33,644 nucleotides of DNA from Oscillospiraceae bacterium (GCA_051881755.1 JBJEQM010000180.1:1-33644); one strand, 5' to 3'; shown: positions 16,181 to 25,928, counted from the first letter of the stretch. Notes: generated by a model not told the origin, from the letters alone. Program-made: numbers and translations.

Positions 16181-17836
16181 TCATACCTCCACAACATTTA
16201 TACCGTATGAGACAAGCTGCCTCTTGAATGAAGCCATTGAAGCTACATCCGAAGCGCTGTGCTGCTGAGAATGATACCTGATGACCGTTTCAAACGGGGT
16301 AAGATCCTTCAGAGAGCCGGGAGCCGCATTGGGATTGCATATCTCGTCAAGGGTGTAATCTCCCGAAGTGCGGTACCAGCAGGAATTGCCGTTGTCAAGG
16401 ATTATCTCCACGCGCTGTGTGCCGTCCTCAAAGGTAACTACCTCGCCCAGACGTCCCACGCCGCTGTAGCCTATCTCGGTAACAGCCTCGCCGTTTATGG
16501 TCCTGCCAATGACCTCGGAGGTATCTATTCTTGAAGTAATGGCGGTATTGTTGATAAATCTTATGTCATACATTCTTGTGCCCAGCGAATCGGCAAGAGC
16601 CGCTTCTTCGGGATATTCGTCCGCATAAAGCCTGTGGGGCTCGCAGTCCGAAATGGAAATGCCGGGAAGTGTGTCCGACTGTACCTCAAGACCGTATCTT
16701 GAGCTGTATCTTGTCTTGTATGTATCGTCTGCCAGAATAGCCTTTACCTGATTGTTGGTCAGGATACCGGAGATATTGCCGTCCCTTGTTGTTGAAGCGA
16801 TGTAATCGGCATTTTCCAAGGTAAGCTTTACATCATAATTGCCCGCTCTGAGAGGGGTATTGTCCGAAACCGACGAACGTGAGGAACCGATGCTTCCGTC
16901 CGGCTCAATGCTGAGGGTTGAAAGCAGCTCGTCCTGCTCTGCGAAAACCGCAGCCGCATAATCGGGAACGTCAAGATACTTCACCGTGACCGTTTCATAG
17001 CCTGTGATGTCGGGAATGATATCGCTGACCGACTCAACAGTCGTTTCGGTCTTTCTGCCGCTGATGGAATCAATGGTGCTCATAAGCTCGTCGTAAAGAG
17101 CCGCCGACTGAGCCGCATAATTGGGAGTTGCGACCTGCTCGGTGTAATTCTCCACCGCAGTAATGCTTTCATCGGCAGTATCATTTTCGGTCTCATCGCC
17201 GTTTTCCTCGTTATCCTCGGAAGAGCCGTCATTAATTTTAATAGTGACCTCGCTGAGGGAGTGTATGCTGCTGTCCTCAAATATAACGAAGCCTTCGCCG
17301 TTAAGGATAAGTATGTTTGTTACCTTGCCCGTCTCGATGATATCGCTGCCGTCGGCACCTGTGGTCTTTGCCTCCATTGTTGCGCCGATAAGGGATTCCA
17401 TCTTTGAGAATATGTCGTCCGAAATAATATCGGATACCTTGGAGTATTCATATCTGTTGCCGTTTACGATAAGCATGGGCTTGTTGTCCTCTATAACTAC
17501 CGAGGATACAACTCCCGTATCGTATTCGTAGCCGTCGTTTACCGTAACAGCCTTGCCCACAAGGGAAGTTGCGTAGGTAATGTTGGCTTGGTTTGTCATG
17601 TTCTTGATGCCCTCCAACATGGAGTAGGAGGCCATCTGCTGAAGCATCTCACTGTCACTCATGGGGTTGTTGAAATCCTGATTTGACATCTGAGCGACCA
17701 AAAGCTGGAGGTAGCTGTCAAAATCAAGATAGCTCGAAGCAGCCTCGTCCCCGTTAAGATCGGTAGTGGAGTTGCTGTATTTTGAATACGCTCCCGTCAC
17801 CGTGTCAAGGGTAAGGTTGTTTATGCTGTCGCCCAT
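16181..17836 (-). CDS. flgD: Flagellar hook-cap/scaffold protein FlgD with a C-terminal extension of about 400 aa
   Basis: The N-terminal FlgD signature is LDFDSYLQLLVAQMSNQDFNNPMSDSEMLQQMASYSMLEGI. It is followed by a Tudor-like segment LVGKAVTVNDGYEYDTGVVSSVVIEDNKPMLIVNGNRYEY. The total of 551 aa is far beyond typical FlgD. AAGGAGG lies 7 nt upstream of the ATG. Confidence 0.85.
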   Translation of the reverse strand: MGDSINNLTLDTVTGAYSKYSNSTTDLNGDEAASSYLDFDSYLQLLVAQMSNQDFNNPMSDSEMLQQMASYSMLEGIKNMTNQANITYATSLVGKAVTVNDGYEYDTGVVSSVVIEDNKPMLIVNGNRYEYSKVSDIISDDIFSKMESLIGATMEAKTTGADGSDIIETGKVTNILILNGEGFVIFEDSSIHSLSEVTIKINDGSSEDNEENGDETENDTADESITAVENYTEQVATPNYAAQSAALYDELMSTIDSISGRKTETTVESVSDIIPDITGYETVTVKYLDVPDYAAAVFAEQDELLSTLSIEPDGSIGSSRSSVSDNTPLRAGNYDVKLTLENADYIASTTRDGNISGILTNNQVKAILADDTYKTRYSSRYGLEVQSDTLPGISISDCEPHRLYADEYPEEAALADSLGTRMYDIRFINNTAITSRIDTSEVIGRTINGEAVTEIGYSGVGRLGEVVTFEDGTQRVEIILDNGNSCWYRTSGDYTLDEICNPNAAPGSLKDLTPFETVIRYHSQQHSASDVASMASFKRQLVSYGINVVEV

Positions 17837-19239
17837 AATTTAGCCTCCTTTAATAATCTGTGCGCCCTGATATCGTCTGCCGCGCCGATCTCCTCAATAG
17901 CGGAAGAATTTCTTGCCGAGCCGCGGTTTCCGCCGCCCTGTTCACCGTTTCTGCGGTCAAAGCTGCGGTTTGTGAAATCCAGACCCATAAAATCAGCCGC
18001 CTCGCTGGGATTGATAACGTTAACGCTGTCCACCGTGACGTTCTGCTTGTTCAGGCTCTCCGTAAGAGCGTACGCGTTCTCGGTGATAGCCCTGCCTATC
18101 TCTGGATTTGAAGCCGCCATAATAACGGATATCCTGCCGTCGCTGTCCTGTGAAAGCTTAACTGCGATCTCGCCAAGACTTTCGGGCTTGAGCACCACCG
18201 TCCGCTCCTTAACGCCGTCCTGGATGGGTGAGCTTATTTCCTCAACAAGCTTTTCCGTCAGCTGCCTTGAAGCATATGTCCAAAGCTCGCTGTAAACATC
18301 GGTCTCTGTGCTTTCCGGAGCGATATCAGCCGCAATTCTCTCCGCGTTATGCTCTCCGCCGCGGATAACGTTAAGCTGTACAGCCGCGTCCATTATCTTC
18401 AGAACAGGTCTGCTGTCCGCCATGCTTCTGCCTGTCTCGGGACGGGATAAAAAGTCCGCGAATTTCACAACGTTTTTATCCTGCTGCTCGGGAGCCTTTA
18501 TTATATCCTCCACAGCCTTGGCAATATCCTCGGGTGTCTTGTCGGAAACCGTCTCCTTTAATATACCGCCCAGCTTTTCAACCGAAAATTCGGTGACTTC
18601 CGTCTCGGGAAATTCAAAGGTATCGCCGCGGTCAATGCCTGTGATGCTGCTTAAAATATCCAGCAGAGCGTTGGCAAACGCTTCAAGATCCTCGTCGTCG
18701 CTGTCCTCGGGAGATATGGTCTTGACCACCTTTTTCACAATTTCCAAAGGCGGCAGTTCTTCTTCCGTGCCCGCTTCGATGGCGTCGGCTATCTTATCAA
18801 TGATATCGGCAGCCTGCTCCTCTGCGGTGAGCTCCTCTCCCTTTTGCGGCATAATGCTTAACAGCATACCGAAAACGGAGGTCACATCGCCGTCGGTCTC
18901 GTCCTCGTCGGTATCGCCGCTTTTTGACGTACCCATGAGCAGCTCTACGACTTTTCCCACGGTCTTGAGCATTTCCACAGCCGCCCTGATAACGTCCTCG
19001 CCCGCCTCCGCGATCTCCTCTTTAAGCTCGCTTGTAAGCTGCGCAAAGGTGACCTTTTCGGCGTCCTCCGCCGTATCGGCAATATCCGTTTCGGCAGAAG
19101 CAGTCTCTACAGCCGCGTTCACCGTCTGAGATAAAACGTCGCCGAAGCTTATACCGCTGTCCGAAACAGCCATGCCGCCGCTGCTTATGCCTGCCGTACC
19201 AAGAGCGACATTCAGCATACTTAATGCGCTTGTGTCCAT
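17821..19239 (-). CDS. fliK: Flagellar hook-length control protein FliK
   Basis: 472 aa with an acidic, low-complexity N-terminal two-thirds. The C-terminal Flg_hook-type domain is VVLKPESLGEIAVKLSQDSDGRISVIMAASNPEIGRAITENAYAL. It lies between fliJ and flgD and its 3' end overlaps flgD by 16 nt. Confidence 0.85.
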   Translation of the reverse strand: MDTSALSMLNVALGTAGISSGGMAVSDSGISFGDVLSQTVNAAVETASAETDIADTAEDAEKVTFAQLTSELKEEIAEAGEDVIRAAVEMLKTVGKVVELLMGTSKSGDTDEDETDGDVTSVFGMLLSIMPQKGEELTAEEQAADIIDKIADAIEAGTEEELPPLEIVKKVVKTISPEDSDDEDLEAFANALLDILSSITGIDRGDTFEFPETEVTEFSVEKLGGILKETVSDKTPEDIAKAVEDIIKAPEQQDKNVVKFADFLSRPETGRSMADSRPVLKIMDAAVQLNVIRGGEHNAERIAADIAPESTETDVYSELWTYASRQLTEKLVEEISSPIQDGVKERTVVLKPESLGEIAVKLSQDSDGRISVIMAASNPEIGRAITENAYALTESLNKQNVTVDSVNVINPSEAADFMGLDFTNRSFDRRNGEQGGGNRGSARNSSAIEEIGAADDIRAHRLLKEAKLWATA

Positions 19240-19299
19240 TTTCTTTACCCTCCTTTCATTATATAGTATATATGGAAAACCTTTTTAAAGGGTATTCCC

Positions 19300-19737
19300 T
19301 TATTTATAGGTGCTGTTCATAACGTACTCCGAAATGAACCGCTCCTCCTCCTTGGCAGCCATGAATTTGTATTCCTCCAGCTGCTTTTCCTCCAGCTTTT
19401 CAAGAGAGGATACCTCCTGAGTTGCGGCGACCACAACATTAAGCTGCTTGCGGACCTTGACCTCCATCTGCTCGATAGACTTTTCAAGCTCCTCTATCTG
19501 CTGTGAAAGGGACTGATGATATCCCTTGAACATTGTTATCTGCAAAACCGTCATGCCCTTGCCCGACTTCTCACAGAACTCCTCGTTGGATCTTTTCAGC
19601 TTTTCCCGAAGCTCATTCTGCTCGTCCATCATCTGCTGCTGTCTGCTGCGAAGCTGCGCAAGGCTGTTTTTTTCTACCTCCAGCACCTGCTCTTTGTATC
19701 CCTTTAACTTGTTAAGGGAAAATTCAAAACGCTTCAC
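19300..19737 (-). CDS. fliJ: Flagellar export chaperone/stalk protein FliJ
   Basis: 145-aa coiled-coil protein rich in E/K/Q/L, directly after fliI. It has a GTG start with GGGAGG 7 nt upstream. Confidence 0.75.
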   Translation of the reverse strand: MKRFEFSLNKLKGYKEQVLEVEKNSLAQLRSRQQQMMDEQNELREKLKRSNEEFCEKSGKGMTVLQITMFKGYHQSLSQQIEELEKSIEQMEVKVRKQLNVVVAATQEVSSLEKLEEKQLEEYKFMAAKEEERFISEYVMNSTYK

Positions 19738-19752
19738 ACAAAGACCTCCCGA

Positions 19753-21057
19753 TTACTTCACTGCGTCTTTCAGCATCTGTACGGTCTCCTCAAAGGTGAA
19801 CGCCTCGTCGGTCTCCTGCTGCAGAAACGCGTTTATCTTGTCTATTTTCTTCAAAGCCTCGTCCAGCGCGGGGTTGGAGCCCTTTTTGTATGCGCCGATG
19901 GAAACAAGGTCGTAGTTTGCATTATATACCGAGAGAAGATTTCTCAGCTTAGCCGCCGCCGCTTTATGCTCCTTGTCGGCTATCTCCGCCATAAGTCGGG
20001 ATACGGATTCCTGTATCTCGATAGCGGGATAATGGTGCTTTGCGGCGACCTTTCGCGAAAGAATGATATGTCCGTCAATGATACCGCGGACGGTATCGGA
20101 AATAGGCTCGTTGGTGTCATCGCCCTCAACGAGCACGGTGTAAATGCCTGTGATAGAGCCCTGTTCGAAGTTTCCCGCACGCTCCAGCAGCTTCGGCATA
20201 GCCGTGTATATGGACGGCGTGTAGCCTCTCGCGATAGGCGCTTCACCTACCGCCAGACCTATCTCACGCTGCGCCATGGCGTATCGCGTAAGGGAGTCCA
20301 TCATCAGCAGTACGTTTTTGCCTTGGTCTTTGAAATACTCCGCAATTGCCGTTGCGGTCATGGGGCACTTGTTTCTCATCATGGCAGGCTGGTCGGACGT
20401 TGCGACTACCAGCACCGAACGCGCCATGCCCTTTTCACCAAGGTCGCGCTCGATAAACTCCAGTACCTCTCGTCCACGCTCACCCACAAGAGCGATCACG
20501 TTGATGTCCGCCTGTACCTCTCGGGCTATCATGCCAAGCAGGGTGGATTTACCAACGCCCGAGCCAGCGAAAATGCCCATACGCTGTCCCCTGCCGATGG
20601 TCAGCAGACCGTCTATCGCCTTTACGCCGAATGGTATGATGTCCTCGATACGGGGTCTGGTCAGCGGATTGACAGGCTCGCCCACAATGGAGTATTTGTC
20701 CGTGGTCTCCACAGGACCCTTGCCGTCCAGCGGCTGACCGATAGCGTTGATTATGCGCCCGATAAGTCCGCTGCCAACGTTTACTTCAAGCTGTCTGCCC
20801 GTGTTGTCAACAATGGAGCCGGGGCCTATGCCCTCGATGTCGGTGTAGGGCATGAGCATTATCTTGCCCTCGTTAAAGCCTACAACCTCGCCATAGATAA
20901 ACTCCTCGGAGCCTTTGCGGAAAATGCGGCATACATCGCCGATATTACATTCAGGGCCGGTCGCCTCAACGGTCATACCGATAATTTTTTCAATTTTTCC
21001 CTGCCGCCTGTAAAGGTCGGCGTCTGTGACCTTTCGGCGTATCTCTGCAAAATCCAT
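19753..21057 (-). CDS. fliI: Flagellum-specific ATPase FliI
   Basis: Walker A is FAGSGVGKSTLLGMI and Walker B is VLLMMDSLTRYA. The overall pattern resembles an F1-beta-type ATPase. I prefer the ATG at 21057 (GGAG upstream) over the TTG at 21090 used by the ORF track. Confidence 0.92.
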   Translation of the reverse strand: MDFAEIRRKVTDADLYRRQGKIEKIIGMTVEATGPECNIGDVCRIFRKGSEEFIYGEVVGFNEGKIMLMPYTDIEGIGPGSIVDNTGRQLEVNVGSGLIGRIINAIGQPLDGKGPVETTDKYSIVGEPVNPLTRPRIEDIIPFGVKAIDGLLTIGRGQRMGIFAGSGVGKSTLLGMIAREVQADINVIALVGERGREVLEFIERDLGEKGMARSVLVVATSDQPAMMRNKCPMTATAIAEYFKDQGKNVLLMMDSLTRYAMAQREIGLAVGEAPIARGYTPSIYTAMPKLLERAGNFEQGSITGIYTVLVEGDDTNEPISDTVRGIIDGHIILSRKVAAKHHYPAIEIQESVSRLMAEIADKEHKAAAAKLRNLLSVYNANYDLVSIGAYKKGSNPALDEALKKIDKINAFLQQETDEAFTFEETVQMLKDAVK

Positions 21058-21111
21058 AGGCTCTCCGTGTTTACTTTTTGTATATATCAAATATATTGTA
21101 CTATCTGTATA

Positions 21112-21957
21112 TTACTGCTCTCCCCGCGTATTTTTCAGTATCTCCTTGAGGAAATCCAGCTGGGTGGGGACGGAAGCGTCCACTATCTCGTCGTTGTCAT
21201 CCAGGATAATGGTGCCCTCCTCCGCGTCGGGGAGTATCTCAATGTCAATGTCCTTGATGTAGGGTATCAATTCCCTTATAAAGCGGTCGTCGGTCTTTAT
21301 CTTTCGGGAGACCTCGCCGTCCGCAAGGGATATCTTTATATAATCGGAATTGCGGAAGCCCTTTGCCGCGTCCGCGATTATCCTCTCGATGACCGCAGGG
21401 TCGGTTTTCAGCTCCGCCTTTGTTATCTTTTCCACCATAAGGAACAGGGTCTCCCGCAGCTCCTTTTCGTTGGATATATAGTATGCGTCTTTCCGCGAGT
21501 TAATGTCGGAGAGCAGACCTGCCGCGGCGTCGATGTACTTGGAGCATTTTTCAAGGGACTGCTTTTTGCCCTCGTCAAAGCCCTCCTTGAAGCCCTCCGC
21601 CTTGGCTTTTTCCTTTAATATAGCACATTCCCTGTTGGCGCGCTCGATCACGGAAGCGGTGGTGGCTTTGGCTTCGTCTGCCAATGCCGACGCCGCCTGC
21701 TTGGCGCCTTCGAGGATATTTACGCGCTCCTGCTCGGTCTCGGCGCGGCGCGCTTCGATTATCCTCGTGACCTCGGCGTTGACCGCCTGCGAGAAGCGCT
21801 GCTCCTCCGCCGCCTTTTCCTCCTGCCTTTTGCGGAGTATCTCATCGTCGGAGAGGGTGTCCTCAACCTCGTCGCAGGGAACGATTATGGTATTATCTAT
21901 CTTGACAGGCTCGCTGCCTCCGAAGCTGTAGCTCTGCGGCTTGTAAACCTTATGCAA
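21112..21957 (-). CDS. fliH: Flagellar assembly protein FliH
   Basis: 281 aa with an E/A/K/R-rich central coiled region (QEEKAAEEQRFSQAVNAEVTRIIEARRAETEQE) and a C-terminal globular part. It sits between fliG and fliI. The TTG start overlaps the fliG stop, so the start position is uncertain. Confidence 0.75.
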   Translation of the reverse strand: MHKVYKPQSYSFGGSEPVKIDNTIIVPCDEVEDTLSDDEILRKRQEEKAAEEQRFSQAVNAEVTRIIEARRAETEQERVNILEGAKQAASALADEAKATTASVIERANRECAILKEKAKAEGFKEGFDEGKKQSLEKCSKYIDAAAGLLSDINSRKDAYYISNEKELRETLFLMVEKITKAELKTDPAVIERIIADAAKGFRNSDYIKISLADGEVSRKIKTDDRFIRELIPYIKDIDIEILPDAEEGTIILDDNDEIVDASVPTQLDFLKEILKNTRGEQ

Positions 21958-22960
21958 TTATCTCGTCCTCTCCGCCCTTGCCGATAACGATATCTCCCTC
22001 TTCCTCAAGGTGTCTTATGATGCCGACGATTCTCTGCTGAGCCTCGTCGACGTCACGCATACGCACGTTGTGGAGATATTCGATCTCCTGCTGGATAGTC
22101 TCCTGCATTCTCTGAGGCATATTTGCATAGAGAACAGCGGCGACCTCGGCGTTGGAGCCTTTGATAGCAACTGCCAGATCCTTTGTCTCCACGTCTCTGA
22201 TAAAGCGCTGGATAGACATGGAATCCAGACCGAGGATATCCTCGAATACGAACATTTTCTTCTTGATCTCGTCCACCAGAGCGGGGTCTTTGGTAGACAG
22301 CTCGTCGAAGATGTACTTTTCCGTACCTCTGTCCACCTTGTTGAGGACGTCGGCAACGAAGTTGATGCCGCCCACCTCCGCAAGGTCCATGGAGACAACC
22401 GCCGCGAACTTTCTTTCCAGCGTGCTTTCGATAGCCTTGATAGTCTCAGGCGACGCGGACTCCATCTTCGCGATTCTCTCAACGACCTCCACGCGCTTTT
22501 CCTTAGGCAGCTCCTGCAAAACGGCGGAAGCCTGCTCCGACTTGACGTAGGACAGCACCAGCGCGATAGTCTGGGGATTTTCATTCTGTATAATGGCAAG
22601 CAGATTTTTGTAGTCCGACTTTCGTACAAACTCGAACGCCTTTGTCTGCATTGATTTCGATACGCGTTCCATAAGCTTTGCAGCCATTTCGGGACCGTAT
22701 GCCTTTTCCAGCACCGACCTTGCGTAGTCAACGCCGCCCTCGGTGATGACCTTCTGCGTCAGACAAAGCTCATAAAATTCGTTGAGCACCGCGTCAACGG
22801 TCTCAATATCAAGATAAGGGAGGCTGGAAATTTCGTAAGTCAGCCTTTCAACGTCGTCGTCGCTGAGCCGCTTATAAACGTATGCGGCATTCTCCGCGCC
22901 GACGGAAGTAATAATGATAGCCGCCTTCTGCATGGAAGTAAGCTCTGTAATATCGGGCAT
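21950..22960 (-). CDS. fliG: Flagellar motor switch protein FliG
   Basis: 336 aa, with the conserved MFVFEDI segment and the charged C-terminal torque helix region. The ATG overlaps the fliF stop by 1 nt (TAATG). Confidence 0.92.
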   Translation of the reverse strand: MPDITELTSMQKAAIIITSVGAENAAYVYKRLSDDDVERLTYEISSLPYLDIETVDAVLNEFYELCLTQKVITEGGVDYARSVLEKAYGPEMAAKLMERVSKSMQTKAFEFVRKSDYKNLLAIIQNENPQTIALVLSYVKSEQASAVLQELPKEKRVEVVERIAKMESASPETIKAIESTLERKFAAVVSMDLAEVGGINFVADVLNKVDRGTEKYIFDELSTKDPALVDEIKKKMFVFEDILGLDSMSIQRFIRDVETKDLAVAIKGSNAEVAAVLYANMPQRMQETIQQEIEYLHNVRMRDVDEAQQRIVGIIRHLEEEGDIVIGKGGEDEIIA

Positions 22961-24588
22961 TAGTCGTCTTCGTCCTCCTTCATCCAGTTTTTAAGCAGCT
23001 GAGCCACAATATCGGGGCTGTTCTTGGCAAACTCGCTGATCTCTCTTCTGATAACGACTTCCTTTGTCTCGTTGGAGTCGTCCGAAAGGCTGGGCACCTC
23101 CACGGGCTGACCGTCCAGATTGAGGGAGAACGTATCCACGATCTCGCCCGACGAGCCGTCCTCCGCCGCGCTGGCAAGAAGCACCTGCTCCTCGAATTTT
23201 CTCCTCTTGACCTTGGCGTTGTTGGAAGCGATAACAAGAGCCACAATGAGAATAATGATAAGTATGAGCAGTATCGCCGCCACGATAACAAGCTGATTAA
23301 AGGTAAGACCGAAAAGATATACGGGCTCTGCCGGTTCAAGACCGATAGACTCGTCAAATTTCGGAAAGTTCGTAACGGTCACGACGTCCTGCGCCAGCTC
23401 GGGGTTAACGCCGCCTGCATTGGCTACAAGATTTACAAGGTCAAGCTTCTGCGCCTCGGAAATGTAATCGGTGTATATTACTACCGCAACGGACAGACCC
23501 TCTATTTCGTAGCCCGCCTTTTCTATCTGCTCTTTATATGTATCAACAAGGTATGTGTTGGAAGCGGAGGTCTCCGACCATGCGCCGCTTCCGCTCGTGT
23601 CGCCTGTGGGATAGGTGTCGTCTGCGTTGGTCTCAACGCCGATAACGCCGCCCTCGGCTGTGGTGCCGCCGCTGGCGCTGGAAGCGTCTCCGTGCTGGAG
23701 CACGCCCGTGTTGCCGTTGCCGTCGGCGGAGTAGTTTGTGTTTTCCGATACCTTTTTGTCAAAGTCCAGCACCATATTTACCGCAACGGATACGCCGTCA
23801 TTGGAATAGATAGGCGTCAGCAGCTCCAGTATCTTATTCTTTATGGTGTTTTCAAGATTTGTCTTGAACGCCAGCTTTCTTGTAACGTCCGCGACAACGT
23901 CCACAGTGGTCTCACCCGCTATCTGGGGGATACCGTTCTGATCGGTAATGGAGATATTCTCCTCCGTAAGTCCGCCGTAGCTCATCTGTACGATATGGGT
24001 GATACCCTCTATCTGCTCGTTGGAAAGCGTAGCGTTCTTTGCAAGATATACCACGACCATCGCGGTAGGATACTTCTTCGACGTTGTTATGACCGTGTTG
24101 CTCTGCTCCGGGAGATAAAGGGTAACAGTCGCCCTTTCAACGCAATCCAGCGAGCTGACTATGGCGCTCAGACGATTTTCCAGCGCCATTCGGGCATATT
24201 CGCGCTTCTCCGATTCCGTGGAGAACATATCCACATTCTGCGTGTAAACGTCATATGTAAGATTGCTCTTCGGATAGCCCATCTGCGCCATCTGCATGGT
24301 CAGGGTATCCTCGGTGCCCTTGGGGACTGTGATAGTGCCGTCCGATTTAAGGTTTACCTCATAGCCCAAAGTCTGTATCTGCGAGACTATCTCCGAAGCC
24401 TCGGTGGTCTCCAGACCCTCGTAAAGCACAACATAATCTTTTCTGTTGAGCACTATAACGACAATGACCGCAATAAGCACTATCGCCGCAAGGATAACGA
24501 TATATAAAATTTTTCTTTTCTTTTCCTGGGCGTCCCAGAATTGCTTGAAAGAAGCAGTAAGCTTTTTAAGCTGTTCTTTCATATCCAT
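22960..24588 (-). CDS. fliF: Flagellar MS-ring protein FliF
   Basis: 542 aa. It has an N-terminal TM (ILYIVILAAIVLIAVIVVIVL), a periplasmic ring domain, a second TM (LVIVAAILLILIIILIVALVI) and a cytoplasmic tail. Confidence 0.9.
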   Translation of the reverse strand: MDMKEQLKKLTASFKQFWDAQEKKRKILYIVILAAIVLIAVIVVIVLNRKDYVVLYEGLETTEASEIVSQIQTLGYEVNLKSDGTITVPKGTEDTLTMQMAQMGYPKSNLTYDVYTQNVDMFSTESEKREYARMALENRLSAIVSSLDCVERATVTLYLPEQSNTVITTSKKYPTAMVVVYLAKNATLSNEQIEGITHIVQMSYGGLTEENISITDQNGIPQIAGETTVDVVADVTRKLAFKTNLENTIKNKILELLTPIYSNDGVSVAVNMVLDFDKKVSENTNYSADGNGNTGVLQHGDASSASGGTTAEGGVIGVETNADDTYPTGDTSGSGAWSETSASNTYLVDTYKEQIEKAGYEIEGLSVAVVIYTDYISEAQKLDLVNLVANAGGVNPELAQDVVTVTNFPKFDESIGLEPAEPVYLFGLTFNQLVIVAAILLILIIILIVALVIASNNAKVKRRKFEEQVLLASAAEDGSSGEIVDTFSLNLDGQPVEVPSLSDDSNETKEVVIRREISEFAKNSPDIVAQLLKNWMKEDEDD

Positions 24589-24622
24589 AGCTTATGATGT
24601 TTCCTTCCCGAAAATAGTATAG

Positions 24623-24934
24623 TTACATAGTGATCTGGAGCGTCTGGTTATAAGCGTCGACAGCCGCGTTTTTCACCGCCACGAATGTTTCCACGGCGAT
24701 GGAAGCCTTGGTCATGTTATTATATATTGTATGCAGGTCGTCGATATCGCCCTGGATTATCTTTATGGCGTCAGCCTGAGTCTGCGCCTGAGTCTCCTGC
24801 ACATCGGTGAAAATATCGCGGAAAACATCGGAAAATTTTGGGGTGTCCTCCGATATCTCGGAGACCTGTCCGTTATCCTTGTCGAACAGGGATTCAACGG
24901 GAGAAATGCTGTTTGAAATAGGTACTATAAACAT
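24623..24934 (-). CDS. fliE: Flagellar hook-basal body complex protein FliE
   Basis: 103 aa in the flgB-flgC-fliE order. The C-terminal segment ASIAVETFVAVKNAAVDAYNQTLQITM is typical of FliE. No SD sequence is found within normal spacing of the ATG. Confidence 0.85.
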   Translation of the reverse strand: MFIVPISNSISPVESLFDKDNGQVSEISEDTPKFSDVFRDIFTDVQETQAQTQADAIKIIQGDIDDLHTIYNNMTKASIAVETFVAVKNAAVDAYNQTLQITM

Positions 24935-25047
24935 ATTTTTATATCAAGTATGCCCGAGGGCATACACTCCTTTCATTTTCAATAAGGGACTTGCCCCGTC
25001 ATTTAACGTGAGCAAGGCACGGCAAAGCCGTGCTGCCCTAAGTTATA

Positions 25048-25536
25048 TTATCTGCCGTTCAGGGACATCGCCTTTGTCAGCATGGATTTTACCGCCGAGA
25101 GCGCCGAAGCGTTGGCTTCATAGTTGCGCTGCGCCGCAAGCAGGTCTATCTGCTCCTTGGTGTTGTCCACGTTGCTTCTGTAGACATAGCCCTCCTCGTC
25201 GGCAAGAGGGTTATCCGGCTCGTAGACGGGAACGAAAGGCGCGTCGTCGTTGATGACCGCCGCAACGGTAACGCCTGCGTACTTGTACTTTGTCCTGCTG
25301 CCGAGGTAATATGTGCCGCGGCTGTACTTGGGACCCTCCGCTTCCTCGTATGTGCTCAGCACATCGCTGAACTTTTTCTTTTCGGAGAACACCGTCAGCT
25401 GACGGCAGTATGGATCCTCGCCCACGGCGGTGTTGTAGTTGTTCTGGTTAGCGATATTCTGCGTGATGACGTCCATTCTGAGACGCTGAGCCGAAAGGCC
25501 CGAGCCGCATATATCAAGCGAGCTTAAGAAAGACAT
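25048..25536 (-). CDS. flgC: Flagellar basal-body rod protein FlgC
   Basis: 162 aa. The N-terminus is LDICGSGLSAQRLRMDVITQNIANQNN and the C-terminus is LLAAQRNYEANASALSAVKSMLTKAMSL. GGAGG lies upstream. Confidence 0.92.
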   Translation of the reverse strand: MSFLSSLDICGSGLSAQRLRMDVITQNIANQNNYNTAVGEDPYCRQLTVFSEKKKFSDVLSTYEEAEGPKYSRGTYYLGSRTKYKYAGVTVAAVINDDAPFVPVYEPDNPLADEEGYVYRSNVDNTKEQIDLLAAQRNYEANASALSAVKSMLTKAMSLNGR

Positions 25537-25550
25537 TCATATACCTCCCT

Positions 25551-25928
25551 TTACTTTGAGATAGCCGCGCGTATCATGCTGTAATTGGTGTTCATATGAT
25601 CCAGCAGCGCGCTGTACTGATACTGCACGTCGGCAAGGTCGAGGGCTTCCTTTTCCATATCGACGTTATTGCCGTTAAGGAGCAGGTCGGTGTTGGTCTC
25701 CACAGTGGTAGTGACGGTCACCTTTGGCTGTTTTGTCTCCTTATCATCGGGGGTATGATATTTGCAGCGGCATTTTTCCTCAAGGATAATGCCGAATTCA
25801 ACGGTTTTCGCCTTAAAATCGGGCGTAGAGGCGTTGGCTATATTATTGCTTATGACCTGCTGCTTGTACCATGCAGCGTCCAGTGCCTGTTCGGACAGGC
25901 TTTGTACTGTTCCGTCAAAAAGACCCAT
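25551..25928 (-). CDS. flgB: Flagellar basal-body rod protein FlgB
   Basis: AWYKQQVISNNIANASTPDFKAKTVEF is the rod N-terminal signature. The start is set at ATG 25928 (GGAGG 7 nt upstream), not the ORF-track start at 25988. Confidence 0.88.
   Translation of the reverse strand: MGLFDGTVQSLSEQALDAAWYKQQVISNNIANASTPDFKAKTVEFGIILEEKCRCKYHTPDDKETKQPKVTVTTTVETNTDLLLNGNNVDMEKEALDLADVQYQYSALLDHMNTNYSMIRAAISK

Noticed and set aside
19240-19299. Internal promoter in the fliJ-fliK gap (a TATAAT just upstream of the fliK SD)
   Set aside because: There is no acceptable -35 at 16-18 nt spacing, and the -10 would leave almost no leader before the SD. It is probably coincidental.
19966-21618. 550-aa plus-strand ORF antisense to fliI and fliH
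   Set aside because: It lies entirely within two strongly supported minus-strand genes. Its composition is biased (R/H/L/Y/G-rich), it has no recognisable motifs and no SD. This is typical of a stop-free antisense frame in moderately GC-rich coding DNA.
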